A stretch of 64,000 nucleotides of DNA. It comes from Entomortierella parvispora E1425. Lineage: Eukaryota; Fungi; Mortierellomycota. The notes beneath the pieces were generated by a model. The model saw only the letters and a list, made by a program, of their open reading frames with translations, did not search any database and was not told the DNA's origin. The stretch spans positions 2,108,001-2,172,000 of the forward strand of contig BQFW01000001.1 of NCBI GenBank assembly GCA_020891255.1. Reading direction: 5' to 3'. Each line of letters begins with the position of its first letter. Position 1 is the first letter of the stretch. This document shows, in pieces, positions 1-11,032 of the stretch. The position numbers were made by a program, and so were the translations under genes.

Positions 1-560
1 TACGCGACAGGCTTTGACGCAAAGTCTATAGAAGCGCGGGGAAAAAAAGTTAGGTGGATGGAAGAAAACACGATAGCAGTGCTGTTTAAGCAATTGAGCA
101 TGGCCTTCTGTGCTTACCAGCAGAGCTCTCGCACTTGCAGAACTTGCACTTCATCACCAAGTTGGCCTCGCCACGTCCAGATCCCATCTCGGCCTTGTCC
201 TGTAGTTTTTATCCACAGGGAGGTTGAAAGGAAAGAAACTCTTATTTTAGTCCGTGCAGGAGTAGTGGTCCTATAAACTCGACATTCGAAAGTACTTACA
301 ATAGCATTGAAGGTGATATGGTTTGAGTCGATCTCACGGCACTTTGTGCACTGAATCTTGAAGTGCCATGTGTGGTCAGCATCCTCAGGGATCAACTCGG
401 TAATGTTCTCGAGCTCAGCTTTGATTTGGAGGGCAAGGACAGGCTATGACAAAGAAATAGATGTTTGGTAACACGAATGATTATCACCAAGTGAAAGGTC
501 AGTCGCGCATTTGATGATTCTTATGTCCTCTCCATTGTGTCATTGCGAAGACGGTACCAT
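1..560 (-). CDS. CZIB: CXXC-motif zinc-binding protein (DUF866/C1orf123 family), 3'-partial. Exons 560-558, 443-300, 199-118, 25-<1
   Basis: Spliced translation M-PVLALQIKAELENITELIPEDADHTWHFKIQCTKCREID...DKAEMGSGRGEANLVMKCKFCKCESSA-DFASKPVAY. It has the two CxxC motifs and GRGEANLVMKC of the family. GT-AG junctions stay in frame. Confidence 0.92.
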
Positions 561-662
561 TGTGGATTATGATGTTCTGATGTGGACGTGAGATGGATGA
601 GGGCGATCAACCATCCAAAAGTTTAATATTTTATTAGGCTAACTCGAAATATTTGTTTTTAT

Positions 663-2854
663 TCAAGATTTTTTAACAAAGAATCTGGAGATCGATCCTT
701 CTTCAACCTCTTTCCTTGCTTTTTTAGAGCCACCACTCGACTCGGCAGTCGTTTTCCGTTTGGCAGCCTTGCTTGAATCCAAAAGACCACTATCCTTGCC
801 CTTTCTATATTTTTCAAGCAATTGATACGCTTTAAGGATTCCTGTAGGGATTGCAGCAGTGGCCAGCTCCTCCGCAGATAGCCACACTGTTTCTGGCGCC
901 CCTTTCTTTGGCTTTGCTTCTTTATCTCCTTTAGCGGAAGAGTCTTGATTCTTGACCAGGACCCATTCTGCATGGTATACTTTCCGAATATGAGAAAACA
1001 AATGCTGAGCATTTCCCAAATCACGGCGCTCAATGTCTTTGTTATCCCGGAGCCAGTCCAGGCCAAGGACATCTATCATGTACTTCAAACTGGAGGATGA
1101 CCGCTGCTTGTACGTAGATGGCCCGTCCAGTGAGTGATCAGCTTGAAGTTGCTCTAACTCTACAGTCGGGAACTCCCACATTCCTGCCAACAGTCCTTTT
1201 GCTGGTCTCTTTACAAGAAGAAACTCGGAATTCAGCGTTCCGTCGGCTTTCTCGCTAATAACACGCTCCAGAATCGCCACAGCGCACTCTATCAAATGAA
1301 AGGTTGTAAGAACGTTAGATTACCTCTAGCTCATTGTGGTTTTTTAAACCTCCACGAACGGTTTTTACCTTCGTCCCTCGGCGCCTTCTTGGCGGCCTTT
1401 CGTGGGTATTGCGTTACGAGGCCCTGCTCCTTTGCGTCGACTTCTGACTCTGCTAAGCACAATGTGCAACGCGAGTCATCATATTCGCTTTCAATTTCTT
1501 CCTTCAGAGTAACATTCTCTTGGCTTCTACTCCTGTCAATGACCTATTTTAACAAACAAAACATAATTTTAATACGTATCGTATAATGAAGAGCATTTTC
1601 TCTCGCAAAATAATTACCTCCGCATACGCTCTGCAGCTGGTCTGCACAGGACAGTCGTTGCACTTTGGGTTCTGCGGGGTGCAGATCGTGGCCCCAAGTT
1701 CCATTAGAGCCTGGTTAAAACATCCCGGCCGCTCCTGATGAACCAATTCTTTTGCAACCAGCCTGCGAGGAGATCAGAAATGGATAGGATCGTTAGAATA
1801 AGGAGCGGGCACGATAGATAGATCAAAAAGTGAGCTATGATGTGCTTACCAATGAAGATCAATAACTTTGGGACTCTTCACATCACCACCAATTGCCCGC
1901 AGACGAGACAAAACTCGGATTACATTCCCGTCAACCAATTCCGCTGGGACGTTGTACGCATGAGAAACAATTGCGCCGGCAGTATACCGCCCCACACCTG
2001 GAACCTCTTTTTCAAGAATAGCGGGGTCACTACAAAAACAGTGATATTTCTGTCAGAGTCATGGCATGAAGTTTCTCAAAACAATGGTGGAGTCTATGTC
2101 ACCAAATGTTCAGTTACCTGGGCAGCACTCCTCCAAACATCTGGACGACTTTCTGAGCACCAGTGTGTAGCCGACTTGCTCTGGAGTAGTAGCCTAGTCC
2201 TGTCCAGACCTTGTTGACATCCTCGATATCGGCCGCTGCTAGATCATTGATCGTGGGCCACTTTGACATCCATGTATTGTAGTAGGGAATAACGGTCGCA
2301 ACTTGAGTTTGCTGGCACATGATCTCTGACACCCAGACCTCATAGGCGCGCTGTCCAGCAGCCTTCCCAGAGATGGCGGAAGGATCATGAAAGTCTACGC
2401 GCCAAGGCAACTTTCGATGATTGACATCGTACCATGCGACGAGACTATCGCGAACTCTCTGACGAGATTCTTCTGATACAAAGCGGTGATAACTTCTGGG
2501 ATGACCACCAGAGATCCGCGCGCGGGCAGCATCCACGACCAGATCCTCGAGATCCGGCAAATCTTTAGTATCGATGTTGACGGTGCCATTGCCGCTTGCT
2601 GCAGGAGAGGACTTTGCTGAGGAGGTGGGCGCTGTTCGCTTACCACGAGCAACTGCAGCTTTAGGTTGAGGCTTTGAGGCCATTAACCGACTAAAAGCGC
2701 TTTCGCTGTTTAGTCCTAGTTTGTTCTCCTTTGAGTCGTCGTCGCTATCCTGACCAGTGCTGTCCTGAGCCTCGCTCTTGATAGCCAAGGCCGCTTTGGC
2801 GGCAGCCCGCCTCGATGGCCGTGCGACCGAGGGTGTGTCGGTGGAGAGATTCAT
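663..2854 (-). CDS. MUTYH: A/G-specific adenine DNA glycosylase MutY, 620 aa. Exons 2854-2118, 2029-1850, 1762-1618, 1543-1369, 1288-663
   Basis: [32 protein letters not shown], Hh[21 protein letters not shown], 4Fe-4S motif [18 protein letters not shown]-terminal NUDIX-like [18 protein letters not shown]. Exon sum 1863 nt is in frame. Confidence 0.96.
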
Positions 2855-3121
2855 GAGTCGCGGGTCCGAAGTAAATGAAAGAAAGAAGGAATGCTTCCTT
2901 TTCCCGAGGTTATTCTTTGCAGCAGCACAGGGCGTGGCTTTTTTCTCATTCTTTTTTTTTTACTCTTGTTGCATCAAACACCGCTCAAGACAGGTCCATG
3001 TGCCATTCAGTCTCTTCATTCTTCCTGTGTCCTTGAGCCATCTCTCCTCTGTCCATTGCATTGTCCCCCTCTTCCGTCCACTATTCTTTGCTCTCTGTAC
3101 ATCACCACATTACTGCATTCC

Positions 3122-5207
3122 ATGCTTCACAAAACAAGGCGGTCCTGGCGGCCTAGTGCTGTCCTTGCACTTGCCCTGTGCTCGTTCCTGTCGCTGGATT
3201 CCTTCACTCACCAGGCTCTAGCCCAATCCGCCTCACCTACTCCTACCTCATTGCCTGTTACCTCCTCGCCTGCTTCCTCTTCACCACCCCAACCCTCACC
3301 AATACCCATTCCACCACCAATTCCTCCAGTCCCCTATGTGCCTCTGCCTGCAGGAACGCGCGAGCTCCAGGATAGTCAGGTCGTTGAGGACACCGTCGCA
3401 ATTGGACAACTACAAACCTATCACTTCTCGATTGCGCAACAACAACAGAGTCTTCCTGTTCGCAGACAACTGGAGCGGATCCTCTTCCATCCAGGTATCC
3501 AGCAGGGAAGTCTGTTTGACAAGAGACAGGTAGTAGTAACACCCTCTGGAACGGTGGTACAAACAACTACTATTAGCGCAAGTACAACCACACAGGCCCC
3601 GGTCCCAACAAGGACCATCGTCCCAACGCTGCCTCCACCCTTCAGCAACGGCACCTATGCAGTCTTTATCTCGATCTCGACCTGCCAGAGTCCAAAGTCG
3701 GCCTCCAATGCTATCTGCCCTCCTTTGACGCTCTATGTCTCCACGTCGGACAGTCAACCCTTGCCTGGCCCTGGACAAGATCCAAAGGTCGTTCAGACGG
3801 TCACAAGTGTGGAGGGCTTGGTTCAGTTTACGGCGTATACTTCAAAGGATGTGTTTTTCAGCTTGCAGGGACCGGCCTTGAACAGTACATGGTCTGGAGA
3901 CTGGGCTGTGGAAGTGGGCGCATCTAGCCAAGGTAAAAAACCCAGGGCTGAAGCTCGATCTGGACGTAAACAAAACGGTCAGGGTGCTGAAGCAAATCTT
4001 TATTGCGCTTGCTGACAGCCACTCAAATCTCTCGGAATATATAGGCTATGTTCAAGGATACCAGACCAAGCAGGGCCTTATTCTCGATGATACTGATAGT
4101 TTAAGCGCCAGCTTTTTGACAGCAAACTTCACGGCCGTTCCGCCTTTCAGTGTGTACCTTATCAACTCGACTGCTTTACCGCAAGGATTGACGCGATCAG
4201 TCTGTGCCGTGGAGGCTGTGCAGCCCTTGCCCCTGACAAAGACGTCAATGACCATCACTCAAACCAACCGAACCAGCAATCTGGATGGATCTATGGGCAC
4301 CGAAATTATCCCCGCGGAGCCTACATTTGAGGAGTTTGGGCAGCGTCGCCAGGTCTTTTTGCAAGGACTGAACCCAGGAACCAACTACACCGCATTCTTT
4401 GTCACGGATGTTCTGAACCAAGCAGGAGCTGAAGCCATGTATTCCTTGACGACTTTCAAAACCAAGATACACGACAACTGCATGCTGATCACAGACCTCG
4501 AATTCTGTTATGAGGTTGCCTATGCTGTCCCCATAACTCCGCTCTCAACATTGCAAGCGTCAGGAACTTCTGGTAGCACCAACGGAACGATCCGCACCGA
4601 TGTCAGCAACTTTTATGATGACTTTACCAGCAATTTGATGGACAATTTCAAGCGCGTCCTTGGCCAGTACGACTGCACAAAGTCTCAATACTCTCTGATC
4701 AGGAATTGCACAGACTGCGAGAGGTCCTACCGTCGATGGCTTTGCGCTGTGAGCATTCCCAGGTGTACTGATGTTGAAGATATTACAAGCCCTAACAATG
4801 TGGGATACCAGCCACCCGCCATACCCGACCCCGATATGGTCGAGAACCCTTACCTGATCGATCGTTCTCATGGCGCCGTCGTTGTTGAGCGCAATACCAC
4901 AACATCAAGGGGGGCCATTGCCCAATTGAGACAGAATCCATTGATGAACCCTGGTGACTATGGCGAAGTCTTGCCTTGCATCGATCTTTGCTTTGATGTT
5001 GTTCAAAGTTGTCCTAATTTCTTGGGCTTCAACTGTCCAGTCAAGAACATGGTCGGCAACTATGCCCACATGAACTCATATGGATTCCAATGCAACGGAC
5101 TTGGCGTCGTACCCGTGCCGTCCAGTGCTCCTTCAGCCGTGAGCGGAAAGCTATCCAGCATACTTCTCTCCCTGTTTGTCACCGCGACATTAACCCTCAT
5201 TTTCTAG
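3122..5207 (+). CDS. MID1: Mid1-family regulatory subunit of the Cch1 calcium channel, 657 aa. Exons 3122-3932, 4045-5207
   Basis: N-terminal signal peptide (AVLALALCSFLSL...ALAQ). Cys-rich C-terminal region (FCYEVAYAVP, NCTDCERSYRRWLCAVSIPRC, YGEVLPCIDLCFDVVQSCP..GFNCP) is characteristic of Mid1. Phase-1 intron with GCTGAC branch. Confidence 0.93.
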
Positions 5208-5449
5208 AGCTTTTTAGCCAATACATACATTCCTACTTTGCATACAAGCTTTAACTTTCCACAGCAGATAACTATGATGAAAATGCTGAATGTATTTAAA
5301 GAAAACGACGAGTTTTGCGACTGTTTGTGGGGGTGGGTTGGGAAAAAAAATACAAAATAGAAGGAATGATATGATGAAGAGGTGCTTTCGACCGGGGAAT
5401 CTAATGTACGCTGCAATTTGTGGTTGGGTGTTGTTGTGTGTTCTTTGGC

Positions 5450-6289
5450 TTATTCCTCATCCTCATCCTCCTCTTCCTCCTCCTCTTCCTCGACATCGGC
5501 ACCCTTGACAAAGTGCTCACCGAAATCATAAGGAGCATCCTCGACCTCGGCCTCTTCCTCTGCGGCCTCCTGAGCCTGCTGCTTCTTTGTCTTCTTTTCC
5601 GTTGCAGTCTTTGCCTTCTTTGATGATCCAGAGGCAACAGCGGCAGCAGCGGCCTTGCGCTTCGAGGCCTTTGACAAGGCGTTTCCTTCAACAACAACCT
5701 CCTCCTTCTTCTTGGGCTGCTTCTTCTCGGGTGCAGTTCCGTTGGCGATAGCCTCGGCCATAGCCTTGGCTCTGGCCTCCTTGCGGACCTTCTCCTGTGC
5801 CTTACGACGCAACTCCTTTGCCTTGTCCTTTTCCTCCTGAGCCTTCAATTTGGCATCGGCAATCTGTTGCAAAAGCTGCTCCTTGAAGGGATAGTTGTTG
5901 GGAATACCAGGGTCCTTCTTGTTCTCTATGAAAAATGGAATTGTGATAGGCAAGGCAGGGTCAGCATGAGGGTTGGGGTTGAGTTGAGTCCATAATCCCG
6001 AGTAGGGTGAACATTTGAAAACACAAGACGTTACTGTGGTGTCCGTTGGGGTTGCCCTTGGCCTCCTTGCGAAGCTTGCGGTGATGGTCCTTGACACGCT
6101 TCTCAATCTTGTATCTGTGGTTAGCGGGGATCCTCTTTGAGGTGATCTCTGCAGACAAGGGAAAGTGAAGCAAGACAGTCAGTCAGCTGGCGTTTCCTCA
6201 CACTCTCGACTAGGGAGATATGGAGAAGCAGCAAAAGCAGCAAAAAGTAGCATGCATGCAGGCTTACTTTTACGGGGCATTCCAGGCAT
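5450..6289 (-). CDS. GNL3L/Grn1 (Nug1/nucleostemin) N-terminal-domain protein lacking the GTPase domain, 203 aa. Exons 6289-6268, 6148-6035, 5925-5450
   Basis: Spliced [38 protein letters not shown]...[20 protein letters not shown] matches the GN3L_Grn1 N-terminal motif. It is followed only by a K/A-rich coil and an acidic tail ending at TAA 5452-5450. Confidence 0.85.
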
Positions 6290-6969
6290 GGTGATGTGAT
6301 TGTGTGTTGGAGGAAAAGAGAGGGGAGAAGGGAAGGGTGAAAGCGATGAGGGGGTGATGGATGGATGGCCAAGAATGAAATGCAGACTGAGGACAAGGCA
6401 CTTTTTTTTTTTTTTCTTTTTTTTTTGTTGCTTGTGTGTCAACACAAGGAGAAATCAGTGACTGCTGCTACCGTGCACGTGATTTTCATTTCCGGGAGGG
6501 CGGTCAATTTTCTGGTTTGAGCTCCGCTCTGTGACAGACTGAGAGAGTGAGAGTGAGAGGTGGAAGACATGCATTCCAAGGAACAGCTGACAAGGAGTGA
6601 GATGCCATTTGTGAGTGCATGCAGCGAGAGCAACGTGTGAAGAGAAAGGGGTCAACAAAGAAAAACAACAACAACTGCAGAGAAGGGCTGCAGCCAAACC
6701 ACTCCCCTCACTTGAACTGCATCTCTTCTTCTCCTCGTCTCGACCCTCTTTGTGCATCCATCCATCCGACCCCTGGGAACACCCTGCTGGCACACCCAAG
6801 GAGAGAGAGCGACCCCCAATCCTTTTTACTGTATACATATTATTATTCTGACCACTCCCTTCTCCTCCTTCTCCATTCCCATCTCCCTTCAGACACTCAC
6901 CCAACAAACAATCAGTCATCCCCATCAGGACGAGAGGAACAACAGACAACGGTCGTTCCCTTCCTTGGC

Positions 6970-8750
6970 ATGATTTCCCCCGCCAGTCTGCCCTCGCCTG
7001 CTGGCTACTCCTTCGGCTCCCATGGACCCATGACCCAGCTCGAGGATGAGCATCCAGACCAGAGCTCTCCTTCCTTGACTGCCACTACCTCCACATCCTC
7101 TTCAGTCTCCCTGTCCGCCCTGGCAAACCAACTGCACCAACGGAACAGTATTCGCCTGTCACTCTCGAACGACACCTCGGCGTTGGCCTCCTCGCCTATT
7201 GTCTCCCCAACCTCCTCTTCTGGAAACACAGGCAGCCTCAACAACGGCACCACCGGCACCAACGCCTCAGCCGCAACCCCCTCGACCACCTTTCAGAAAT
7301 CAGCCCCAGCCTCGTTGTCCGTGGCCCTGTGCCGGTCCTTGGTACTCAAGTACATCTACCTCACTTACCTCTTTCTGGTCCAACTCTTGACCTATCCCTC
7401 GGCTGCCTTCCAAAAGTTTATCCGTCAACGCAGGCTTTTTGGCGGCAACGGTAGCGGTCGTATTCATCACCACTCGAGCCTCAAGGGCGATTCATCCTCG
7501 ACCCATGCAAGCGCTGCCGGATCAGGGATTGAACAGCTGGACACCATTAATAACAGCAGCAGTATCGATGGCGCAACAATAGCATCAACCACCGCAGGTG
7601 CGGGCGAAGCCGTGGTCATCGGCGCAGTCGCGGAAAAGTTTTTACAGCAGTATACCCTGGACAACCACCTTAGCCAGTACAACAACAACAATAACAATAA
7701 CAATAGCTGCAGCGACAACAACAACAGGAACAATACCAACGAACAGAGCAACAGCGGGTCCTCAGTGCTTCGTCGATCTTCGAGGTTCAAATCTCGCTCG
7801 GATCTGGAAGAGATTGCCCAGGCCTCCACCCCAACACGCTCCTCATCCTCGGCTTTAACATCCTCCTCCTCAATACGGAATAGCCAGGGCCGATCGGCCG
7901 CAGGTTATGGAACTGACTCTATGGCAGAGGACGGCTCGGGAGATAACTCGACAACGCGCGGGAACAACGTTCGTTTGCGTCAAAGGATGGGACGACCCAT
8001 GTCCGGACTAGGTGCCCCTGGATCGCAGGGCCATGGTGGCATGGGAGCGAGAAAGAAGACGCTAGTCTTGGATTTGGACGAGACTTTGATTCATTCGACT
8101 TCTAGAGGATCGCGCTCTCAAGGCTATATGGTCGAGGTCTTGGTGGATCGCCACGCTTGTCTTTACTACGTTTACAAACGGCCCCATGTCGATTACTTTC
8201 TGAAAAAGGTGCGTATCCCTTCTACTCACCCTGCAGGTACATTTGATCCCAGTTTTGTTTTAAAGTAACCTAACCCGCCCCGTACAATTTTGCATTCCCG
8301 GCTTTAGGTTGCCGAATGGTACAAACTCGTCATCTTTACGGCATCCATGGCAGAATACGCCGACCCTGTGATCGACTGGCTGGATCAGAACAAGACACTG
8401 TTTGACAAACGATACTTTCGACAAGCTTGCTTCCTTCGCAATGGAAGTTACCTCAAGGACTTGACCGTCATTGACCCTGACCTGTCCTCGGTCTGTCTGC
8501 TGGATAATTCGCCCATCTCCTATTCTTTAAACAAAGGTGAGGATAATTTGACAACCCCTGGATCCACTTGCCTAGAAGAGGAGGCACTGTTCTGACTTTT
8601 TATTACCTTTTGGACGTAGAAAACGGCATTCCTATTGACAGTTGGATCGATGACCCCAATGACGAGGCTCTATTAGACCTTTTACCATTCTTGGACGCGC
8701 TGCGGTTTACTGAGGACGTGCGATCGGTGCTGTCTCTTCGAACAGTTTAG
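6970..8750 (+). CDS. NEM1: Nem1/CTDNEP1 (Dullard)-type HAD/NIF protein phosphatase, 532 aa. Exons 6970-8208, 8308-8536, 8620-8750
   Basis: [15 protein letters not shown] catalytic motif, [79 protein letters not shown]. An N-terminal hydrophobic segment ([17 protein letters not shown]) favours Nem1 over Psr1/Scp. Confidence 0.88.
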
Positions 8751-8970
8751 AATCGATGAGCCAGCTTTTAAATGATAAAAAGACTCACATTGAAACTTTA
8801 CTACCCACGTGGTCGTGTACCTTGAACGTATTTCATTTATTGCAAACAGCTAGAAGATGAACTGAACTATGAAAATAATGGAGGCCTGCCATCATGTAGA
8901 TCACTTGGGGCGTAGCGGCCCAAGACACATGCATCGTATTGAATGTTTAATCGCGACTGGCACTACATCC

Positions 8971-9790
8971 TCAACGATTGACACCGCGTCCTCTATGGCC
9001 TCGAGGACCACGTTCGGGGCTGCGGGAGTCGGACCGTTGACGATCAAGTCGCAGTACACGATCATTTTCATTTCGGTAACGGCTCTCGAGAATGTGAGAG
9101 CGCGATCGTCTACGGTCCCAGGTTCTTTGTGTCTTACCGTTCCTCGCGTCGACACGACGGCTGGGGCTGCGCGAACGGGTGCGCGAGCGGCAACGGTAGC
9201 GCTCCTGTCGTCTATCATGATACGAATCCAAGTACCATCTGCTATGGTAAGAACTCAGGTATCGCCCAAGGTGATTGCGTTCACGAGATGGGTGATAGTG
9301 GTTGTGTTCACGAAATCTCACAAATTTTCGATACTTGTCCCAGTCCAAGTCGCGAGATGGATCCATCTAATTGTTCAGAGGAAGAATGGCAAGTTAGTTC
9401 AAACCAGTCGTCAAGTCTTTAAAAATAACAGCTGAGATACAAGCAAGTTGAAAATGAAAATGATACATGTCGGACGATTAACGCCTTGCCCCGCAAGGTC
9501 TCGCCACTCAAAGTCCTAACAGCCAAATGGGCGTCAATGGCAGTAGCGTAGTCAGCCATTCTGACCCAAAGCAATAGAAAAGGGGGAAGAAACGCGTTAG
9601 ATGATTGCGGTTATAGGGTTTTAGGATGAGATTGTACTTGTACGATGGATACTTACCCTTGGCCGTCACCGTTGACATCTGCACGGAGAACCCCGCCGGC
9701 CCTACTCATGAAGTCCTTGAGGTCCTTATGAAAACACAATTTAATTGTAGAATTAGTTACCAGTTCGAGGGAGAGACAGAGAGAGACTCG

Positions 9791-9854
<64 letters not shown>

Positions 9855-10613
9855 TGTTGAGCTGTGATGCAGGGTACATGGTTCAAACAGGACCAAAAGA
9901 GAAGCATTTTTAGTCCCAGTAACTCCAGCACATAGTACGTGGGTGGACGCGTAAATATATCCAGAGCAAGTAGAATCCCCCAAGAGAAGGAGAGGGACCA
10001 AGTTTGAGCAATCTCCTTAACAACAGCACACAGAATTCAGGGGTTTGATCCCTTACCTGCCACGATACGTCAAAGTCCAGGTTTTCAACCATAACGCGAA
10101 AGTGCTTCTCGGACTCTGCAGATCTACTTTGCCAATCAACTTTAGTTAGAATCAAAAAAAGACAAGTTCGTGCATCTCCAGCATGTTCTTGCATACTGGT
10201 TGAATTCCCTTGCTTACCCTCTGCTTCCTTGATGCTCTCGACCCCACTCGACGATCAACCTTGTGTGATAGATGGAGAGGAAAAGAAACAGTTTAGACAA
10301 CAAAATAAAATTGGTGGCGAAACCAACAAACAAACAATGTTGAAACTTTGTGGTCGTGATTGCTTGCATGAAGAAATGTATGAAACGCGAACGAACGAAT
10401 GAATGTAAATGAATGGTCATACCTGTCACCCAAGAATTTCAGTCCATTCAGCTCACGAATGGCCCTTCGAGCGTTTTTTTCACTGGAGAGTTCGATGAAG
10501 CCATAGTTTCTCTTAAGTCTGATATCGCGTGGACCTCCATAGGGCTTGAAGAGAGATTCGATGTCCTCTCTGACCACATCGTACCGAAGGTTTCCCAAGA
10601 AAAGACGTGACAT
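8971..10613 (-). CDS. SR-family splicing factor with two RRMs and an RS/RD tail (SRSF4/5/6 or Srp2-like), 285 aa. Exons 10613-10423, 10259-10218, 10123-10057, 9724-9657, 9560-9467, 9366-8971
   Basis: RRM1 SRLFLGNL...RNYGFIEL...RAIRELNG. The pseudo-RRM signature SWQDLKD is reconstituted across the 10057/9724 junction. C-terminal RSRTRSRSPSRR. Exon sum 858 nt is in frame. Confidence 0.88.
9771..9850. repeat. (GA)n/(TC)n microsatellite inside intron 3 of the SR gene
   Basis: Nearly pure GA dinucleotide run from 9771 to 9850. Confidence 0.98.
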
Positions 10614-11032
10614 TTCAAGATGTTCTTTGCGCTAGTTAGACCTGGGGGTGGGGGGTTCTTGTAAGTGCAAGTGTAGGAGTTGGGGAAGAAGTTAGTAAGC
10701 TGAAGAAGAAGAACGGCAGAAGTGAGAAGGAGAAATCTCTTTCATTGAATTCCTTTTATTCTTTTTTTTTTTTTTTTTTTTTCTTTTTTGTAGGGGGGAA
10801 GGGTGGCAAAAACAAGGGCATCCTTTTTGGGTTGACGTTGACGGTGGACGTTGTTGACTGTTGACATTGACGCGTAAAGACGAGATTTTTTTGTTCCTTT
10901 CAATTTTTTTTATTCTTGTGGCTGAAGAAAAAACATGGGAATGGGCACTACCAAGAACTGCAATGTGCGGAGGGCAATGAAGGGAGAACTCAAGTCACTA
11001 AAGCTTTGAGATCGGGGCAAAGGACTCTACAC

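Noticed and set aside
2891-3121. N-terminal extension of MID1 in the ORF track
   Set aside because: Non-ATG start through the CT-rich promoter/leader shared with MUTYH. ATG 3122 gives a proper signal peptide.
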